NCBI GenBank assembly: GCA_016176295.1
Contig: JACOXN010000008.1
Span: 4,638 to 68,637, forward strand
DNA length: 64,000 bases
Reading direction: 5' to 3'
Source: Candidatus Giovannonibacteria bacterium
GTDB taxonomy: Bacteria; Patescibacteriota; Minisyncoccia; UBA11713; 2-01-FULL-45-33
In this document: one piece after another, positions 59,213-64,000 of the stretch
Layout: every line of letters starts with the position of its first letter
How positions within the stretch are numbered: position 1 is the first letter of the stretch
The notes under the pieces: model-generated
The model's input: only the letters and a program-made list of their open reading frames with translations
Database searches by the model: none
Told to the model about the DNA's origin: nothing
Made by a program: the position numbers and the translations under genes

Positions 59213-60553
59213 TTAAACTTGCGGCGTGTTTTCTGTGAGCGGCTGATGGCGCTCTTTTTCTTCGAGACAAATCCCGCAGAGCGGGATTTTGGCCAACCTT
59301 TTCAACAAACGGACATAAGGTTTTTCACTCCATCCGGTCGATTCCGATTCTATCCGGCGGCATTTCAGACATTGGGTATGAAATGAAAGCCGCAGACGCT
59401 CTTCCTCCAACTCACCAAAATCCAAATAAGGGTTCAGAATGTATTTTAAGAGAGCCATAATTGTCGGCGTTCCCAAAGCCATCTGAAGAAAGTATCCGGC
59501 GCGCTCATCCGTATCCAAACTCCAGGTCTCGGTTTCCGGATCTTCCGGATCCCAAATAGGAAGCTCGTCGAATTTTTTCGAACGCGGAAATGGATGCAAG
59601 ACCAGCTTCACGCCGTATTTTTCAGCGATACTTTTTGTGATCTTAAAATATTCATGCGACAGGACTAGGGCTTTTAATTTCGCCCATGCTTTCATCAGAC
59701 TTCCGTAGTATTCATACTGCGGCCGCGTGTCATAATAAATGTCAGCGGGCTGAAGTTCGCAGTGTTCCGTAAAAAAGATACCTTTGTTTCTGAACTCTTT
59801 CAGTAAATGCCTGGGCATTTCCAAGCCTTTAGGGGAAATGAAGATCAGTTTCATCCCGAAATGTTTCCCCAACAGCCATGCCAGCGAATGCACAGTCCGG
59901 GAAAAACGGTTGTCGTTGATAAAAGCTATTGTGAGCCCCCGGAGCTTGGTCCAGTCTTTTGCGAGGTCCCAGCCGAAAGCCAGCAAAATAGCAAAAAGGT
60001 CTTTCAACGCCTGTATCGGGTGCTCCCCGGTTCCGTCTCCGGCGTTAACCACAGGGACGTATCTCTCGAATCCAAGAATCTTTCCCACCGATTTCCGAAT
60101 TATCCTTTCCGCTCGGGCAACCATTCCCTCTTCGCCGGTGCGCAGCACCAGCGCGTCATACGAGGTCGCGAAAGCGCGTATCTCATCCTCGAAATAAGCG
60201 TCTTTAGCTTCGGAAGAAAAAAGTAATACCCATTTTCCCCGCACCTTTACGAAAATACCACTGATGCCGCCCCACAGCCGGCGCCAGAATCCTTGGTGCG
60301 CTTTGATGCCACGCTCATTGCCGACAGCTGCGCCCAGCCTGTAAGCCGCGCCCAAAAAGCTGTGAAATGTCCGCGAAGAAGGCTGCCAGAACAAAAGACC
60401 GATCGTGTAACCTTTAAGAACGTAAGTGAGAAGTTCCCGGCCTTCGCGGGTTTTCATGAGATCTGTTATCTTCAGCATGTCGTGATAAAGTTTTATCAAT
60501 GCCCCCAAATCGAATTGTTTGATGGACAAAACGCTCGGACGTCTAGCTTCCAT
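59213..60553 (-). CDS. pyrB: Divergent aspartate carbamoyltransferase with C-terminal CxxC..CxxC extension
   Basis: PSSRT..SF, NAGDG.GEHP.QAL.D, RTVHSL, TRPQ.E, HPFPR. Confidence 0.8.
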   Translation of the reverse strand: MEARRPSVLSIKQFDLGALIKLYHDMLKITDLMKTREGRELLTYVLKGYTIGLLFWQPSSRTFHSFLGAAYRLGAAVGNERGIKAHQGFWRRLWGGISGIFVKVRGKWVLLFSSEAKDAYFEDEIRAFATSYDALVLRTGEEGMVARAERIIRKSVGKILGFERYVPVVNAGDGTGEHPIQALKDLFAILLAFGWDLAKDWTKLRGLTIAFINDNRFSRTVHSLAWLLGKHFGMKLIFISPKGLEMPRHLLKEFRNKGIFFTEHCELQPADIYYDTRPQYEYYGSLMKAWAKLKALVLSHEYFKITKSIAEKYGVKLVLHPFPRSKKFDELPIWDPEDPETETWSLDTDERAGYFLQMALGTPTIMALLKYILNPYLDFGELEEERLRLSFHTQCLKCRRIESESTGWSEKPYVRLLKRLAKIPLCGICLEEKERHQPLTENTPQV

Positions 60554-60682
60554 AAGATACTCCTTTGAATAAGATAACAAGGTTCGTGATTTTTCCTGTT
60601 AAATTCAACCAAATTTAAAGCAAAAAGTCAATTCGTTCGTCCGTTTATAGTAATTTCATGGCTTGCCATTTATACTGGGAAT

Positions 60683-61591
60683 ATGAGAAAAAACACAGGA
60701 ATAACGAATCTATCTTTGCTTGTTATTTTATTCGCCGTCGTTCTTGGCGGCACTGCGCTTTTTTATGCAAAAGAACGGCTTAACCGCCCCCCCGAACAAA
60801 TAGCCTGCACTATGGAAGCCAAACTTTGCTCCGACGGAAGCTATGTGGGACGAGTACCGCCAAAATGCGAATTTGCAAAATGTCCCGGAGGCGAGCCCTC
60901 ACCCACACCCTCATCCCCATCACCCTCACCCATTCCTTCGCCAACCGGAGGCCAACAAATACGTCTGCGCGAAGGCGAGCGCGAAGGGTCTTTGCTTGTG
61001 CAGAAAATTTATCCGGACTACATTACAGGACTTAACTTCATCGAATACCCCGTGGCGCGCGGAGATGGATTGCCAATTACACTTCGAATCGGGGAAACCG
61101 CCAGCAACGGATGCACCATCATGCTGACTCTTACCGGCATAAAAAATGGCATCGCCGAATTTAAGGAAAAAGTTGATAATAGCAGGCCTTGCCCCATCTG
61201 CCTCGCTTCGAATACTCTGATATCGACACCCAACGGAGAAATTAACGTAAAAGATATCAAAGCCGGCATGAAAATCTGGTCGCAGGATAAGAACGGTAAA
61301 AAGATAGAAAGCGCCGTATTGAAAGTTTCGCAACAAAAATCGCCCGCAACGCACAGGGTAGTTCATTTGGTTTTGAAAGATGCCCGCGAACTCTGGGTTT
61401 CTCCCAACCATCCGGCGGCGAATGGGCGAAGTGCGGGAAGTCTACGAGCCGGAGATATTTACGACGATTCACTCGTCATTTCGACCGAGCTCGTCCCCTA
61501 TTGGGATTCATATACTTATGACCTCCTGCCAGATTCGGACACCGGAAACTATTGGGCGAACGGGATTTTGATGGGCAGTACGCTGAAGTAA
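60683..61591 (+). CDS. Membrane-anchored Cys-rich protein with C-terminal Hint domain
   Basis: CTMEAKLCSDGSYVGR..P.CEF..CP; Hint CLASNTLISTP, SPNHP, YDL, YWANGIL. Confidence 0.8.
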   Translation: MRKNTGITNLSLLVILFAVVLGGTALFYAKERLNRPPEQIACTMEAKLCSDGSYVGRVPPKCEFAKCPGGEPSPTPSSPSPSPIPSPTGGQQIRLREGEREGSLLVQKIYPDYITGLNFIEYPVARGDGLPITLRIGETASNGCTIMLTLTGIKNGIAEFKEKVDNSRPCPICLASNTLISTPNGEINVKDIKAGMKIWSQDKNGKKIESAVLKVSQQKSPATHRVVHLVLKDARELWVSPNHPAANGRSAGSLRAGDIYDDSLVISTELVPYWDSYTYDLLPDSDTGNYWANGILMGSTLK

Positions 61592-61698
61592 GAACAAATC
61601 TCTCGGATGAAAATTCCAGGTGGGGGCGGCCATCCCGCAATACAATCCCGACTTTGTGCGGGATGGGGCTAAAGAATTTTCAGACGAGAAATTTGTTC
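61592..61698. repeat. Long imperfect hairpin element
   Basis: GAACAAAT/ATTTGTTC, TCTCG/CGAGA, TGAAAATTC/GAATTTTCA, CCATCCCGCA/TGCGGGATGG nested stems. Confidence 0.75.
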
Positions 61699-61767
61699 GA
61701 TTAAGAAGAACTAATCCGTTCAGAGACGGGATTAGTTTTCCATAAAAAAACCGCTGCAGAGCAACGG

Positions 61768-62106
61768 TCACACGTTTTCGTATTTTTTTTGGAGGAACCC
61801 GAAGATGAACGAAGCGAATGCGCTTTCGGTCTGCGCATTTTTTATCTCGGTTTTAACCAAACCCCCCTCGAAGATCAAAAAACTTGGCACCGATCCGATA
61901 TTAAAGCGCCGCATCAGAGCAGGGTTTGCAATAACGTCCACCTGGACGAAACCGATGTCATCCTTATGCTTTGTGGCTGCTCTTTCCACAACCGGTGCCA
62001 TTAGCGCGCATGGTCGGCACGTTGCTGAAAAATAAACCACCACAGGTTTAGCTGAATTTATGACAGTTTCTTCAAAACTGCCCATATCAACAGTTTTTAC
62101 TTTCAC
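61768..62106 (-). CDS. Thioredoxin-like protein
   Basis: VVYFSATCRPC, cis-Pro VPSF; GTG start after AAAGGAG. Confidence 0.8.
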   Translation of the reverse strand: MKVKTVDMGSFEETVINSAKPVVVYFSATCRPCALMAPVVERAATKHKDDIGFVQVDVIANPALMRRFNIGSVPSFLIFEGGLVKTEIKNAQTESAFASFIFGFLQKKYENV

Positions 62107-62166
62107 TATGTTTCTCCTTTCCTCTCGTAGGTTTATAACAACATTTTGGAGGGATGTCAATATTTT

Positions 62167-62466
62167 TTAGTTTTTGCATTCGCAGGCGTCCGAGACGATT
62201 TTTTGGCCTTCCCCAAAAGTATATTTGGCCAGATTGCTCTGGTAGCCGCAATTTTCGCAGGAAACATAGTAGTTCCAGAGGCATTGCCGCTTATGCAGAC
62301 CCTCGCTTAATATTTTCCCCGCGAATGGGGCACAACCCCAAAGGCACAAAAAACCATCGATGGTCTCCCCAACGATGTTCTCATTGTTGCTTATGCGTTT
62401 TTTTAAAACCTGAGTAGCCTCTGCGACCGAAAGTAATCTGCCCTGGTTTTTTCCATCCGCTGTCAT
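62167..62466 (-). CDS. Hypothetical Cys-rich protein
   Basis: CLWGC, CENCG, CEC motifs. Confidence 0.5.
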   Translation of the reverse strand: MTADGKNQGRLLSVAEATQVLKKRISNNENIVGETIDGFLCLWGCAPFAGKILSEGLHKRQCLWNYYVSCENCGYQSNLAKYTFGEGQKIVSDACECKN

Positions 62467-62529
62467 TTTTAATGATATCAGAAAAAACCGGAAGCAAATA
62501 ATCGCCTGTGGAAAAGTAATTCCGGTAAA

Positions 62530-63186
62530 TTAAGGAGTGAGATTTATGCGGCCGCGTGAATCAATGATTGGCCCGCCTCTCCTTATTATGCGGGGCTTGG
62601 TCGGGCTGGCGGGGCTTTCTTTAGGAAGCCTCGACCGGTAAACCATGGCGGACATACGCCCTAAATATCTCATTTTTTCTGCGTATTCTTCAGGCTCTTC
62701 GTTGGGATCGGGGATTTCATTAAAATCCACCAAAACATCCGCCTTGGTTCTTTCTCCGTTAACTTTCCCGCGCTCAATAGTCCCGTCATACGTAATGTAA
62801 ACCGGGTGTTGCATCCCCTCGCCCGAAATTTCTATAAAAAGATCTATCCCTTGTTCAACATCTGCAATTGAACCCACAGTAGTGAAAGCCGAGACTTTTT
62901 TATCTTTTTCTTTGAATCCGGCTTCTTCTTTCACATATTTAAGCAGGTCGCTCAAAAATTTCTTTTTGGGATTCTCCGAATCAAAGGGCTGATGTTTTTT
63001 TATCAGATCAATGGAGCAGCGTTTTCTCTCTTCGCTGCCTTCAGTGAAAGCCGTGCACGTCTTTAATCCTTTCACGTATTCCAGATTTTTTATGTCAACC
63101 TGGCCGAAAGGAAAAACCTCGCTTATTTTGCCGGACGCTTCGGGATGATGCATCCCCCATTTGTTTTCCAAATTCATTCTTTCCAT
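62530..63186 (-). CDS. Hypothetical protein
   Basis: Long ORF with leaderless-type -10; D..GID..I...YD acidic motif. Confidence 0.65.
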   Translation of the reverse strand: MERMNLENKWGMHHPEASGKISEVFPFGQVDIKNLEYVKGLKTCTAFTEGSEERKRCSIDLIKKHQPFDSENPKKKFLSDLLKYVKEEAGFKEKDKKVSAFTTVGSIADVEQGIDLFIEISGEGMQHPVYITYDGTIERGKVNGERTKADVLVDFNEIPDPNEEPEEYAEKMRYLGRMSAMVYRSRLPKESPASPTKPRIIRRGGPIIDSRGRINLTP

Positions 63187-63264
63187 GAAATAAATATAGC
63201 ACACATTAAAAACACTTTCCGTCGCCTTGCTTTTTTCTACCTCGTATTGTATGATGAGAGTAAC

Positions 63265-63483
63265 ATGAAGCGCAAAGATCCGGTACTCGAATTGAATATG
63301 ACTTACACCACACTAGTGGTTTTTTTGGAGGCATATAACAAGAGTATTCCTGTTGGCTTCCCGGCAGCCTCGGTCAAAACTCTTAAAGCATTTCAAACCA
63401 TATACCCTTCCCTCTTTAAACACGGTGATTCATGGTCCATCGAAAGACACCGGAAGAAAGTGATGGACTGGCTCTGCCAATAA
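63265..63483 (+). CDS. Small hypothetical protein
   Basis: TATGAT -10 upstream, terminator downstream. Confidence 0.65.
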   Translation: MKRKDPVLELNMTYTTLVVFLEAYNKSIPVGFPAASVKTLKAFQTIYPSLFKHGDSWSIERHRKKVMDWLCQ

Positions 63484-63529
63484 ATACTTTATCTTAAATA
63501 AAAAAACCGGTCGTCTTAGGCGGCCGGTT

Positions 63530-63820
63530 TTAAGTTCTTTTGATCGGAACTCTTCTTGAGTAAGTGTAATTGCATCCGTCGGGCGGGTCGCAGTTTTCGC
63601 AATAAGGAACTCTTTCGGGTCCGATGCCGAATCCGTCGCTCCCCGGGTCCAGAGAGCCGTTTTTGTTCTGGTAGAACAAATTTGCGTAGCCAACCCTGAC
63701 ACTGCCTCCGCATTTAATGTGGGCCAAATGACCGTCGCTTTTTTTGCATTCCCTGGAGATGAAATCATTCGCCATCTTCCGGAACCCGGCCAGCGTTACC
63801 GCTTTATCAGGCATTTTCAT
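63530..63820 (-). CDS. Hypothetical Zn-ribbon-like protein
   Basis: AAAGGAG SD; HIKC and CENC motifs. Confidence 0.55.
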   Translation of the reverse strand: MKMPDKAVTLAGFRKMANDFISRECKKSDGHLAHIKCGGSVRVGYANLFYQNKNGSLDPGSDGFGIGPERVPYCENCDPPDGCNYTYSRRVPIKRT

Positions 63821-64000
63821 ATTTTTCTCCTTTCAAATCTACCACTAGATGAACATAATCAGTCCGTTTTTACAAGCGATTGCAGTTCATCTCGTGCAAA
63901 AATATAGTCCCAAAAGCATTGGGTGCTAAGTACCCAACAGCCTCAAGCCGTTTTTTTATTGGGCCGTTCACCTTTGAAGTAAATAGACCAAAGTATCGTA

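Noticed and set aside
61198..61591. Canonical intein
   Set aside because: No terminal His-Asn, no C-extein and no endonuclease; treated as a Hint domain.
1..64000. Recoded UGA (code 25) or a prophage
   Set aside because: Conserved genes are full-length in code 11 and pth ends normally at TGA; no phage structural, terminase or integrase genes were recognised.
63870..64000. 3' end of a minus-strand gene at the window edge
   Set aside because: A short open frame exists but has no recognisable motif; too little sequence to support a call.

Overview
Bacterial chromosome segment in standard code 11. Gene content and style point to Patescibacteria (CPR, Parcubacteria-like): short InfB and Mfd, a VirB2-like pilin array, many leaderless starts and GC-rich palindromic repeats. 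It carries housekeeping genes (hisS, lepB, pth, mfd, rpsA, gyrA, infB, rbfA, dut), 8 tRNAs, a 7-gene pilin array, and a csoR-copA / VKOR / CcdA / P-type ATPase / metallothionein-like cluster in which copA is frameshifted. There are also scattered orphan metabolic genes (glgP, purF, pyrB, speD-like, a PLP trans-sulfuration enzyme). The centre is an ~8 kb integrase-less island bounded by a 46-bp perfect direct repeat. It holds a CglI/NgoAVII-type restriction-modification module with two Z1-helicases, Vsr, and a SAM-I riboswitch plus terminator controlling an unknown ORF. Other notable items are a PaaX/Cas2-like gene bracketed by two 40-bp palindromic repeats, two HTH-LAGLIDADG-like genes each sitting directly 5' of a tRNA, tRNA 3'-end remnants, palindromes inserted in-frame in genes, and small ORFs missed by the ORF track. 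All calls come from reading motifs by eye; no searches were run.
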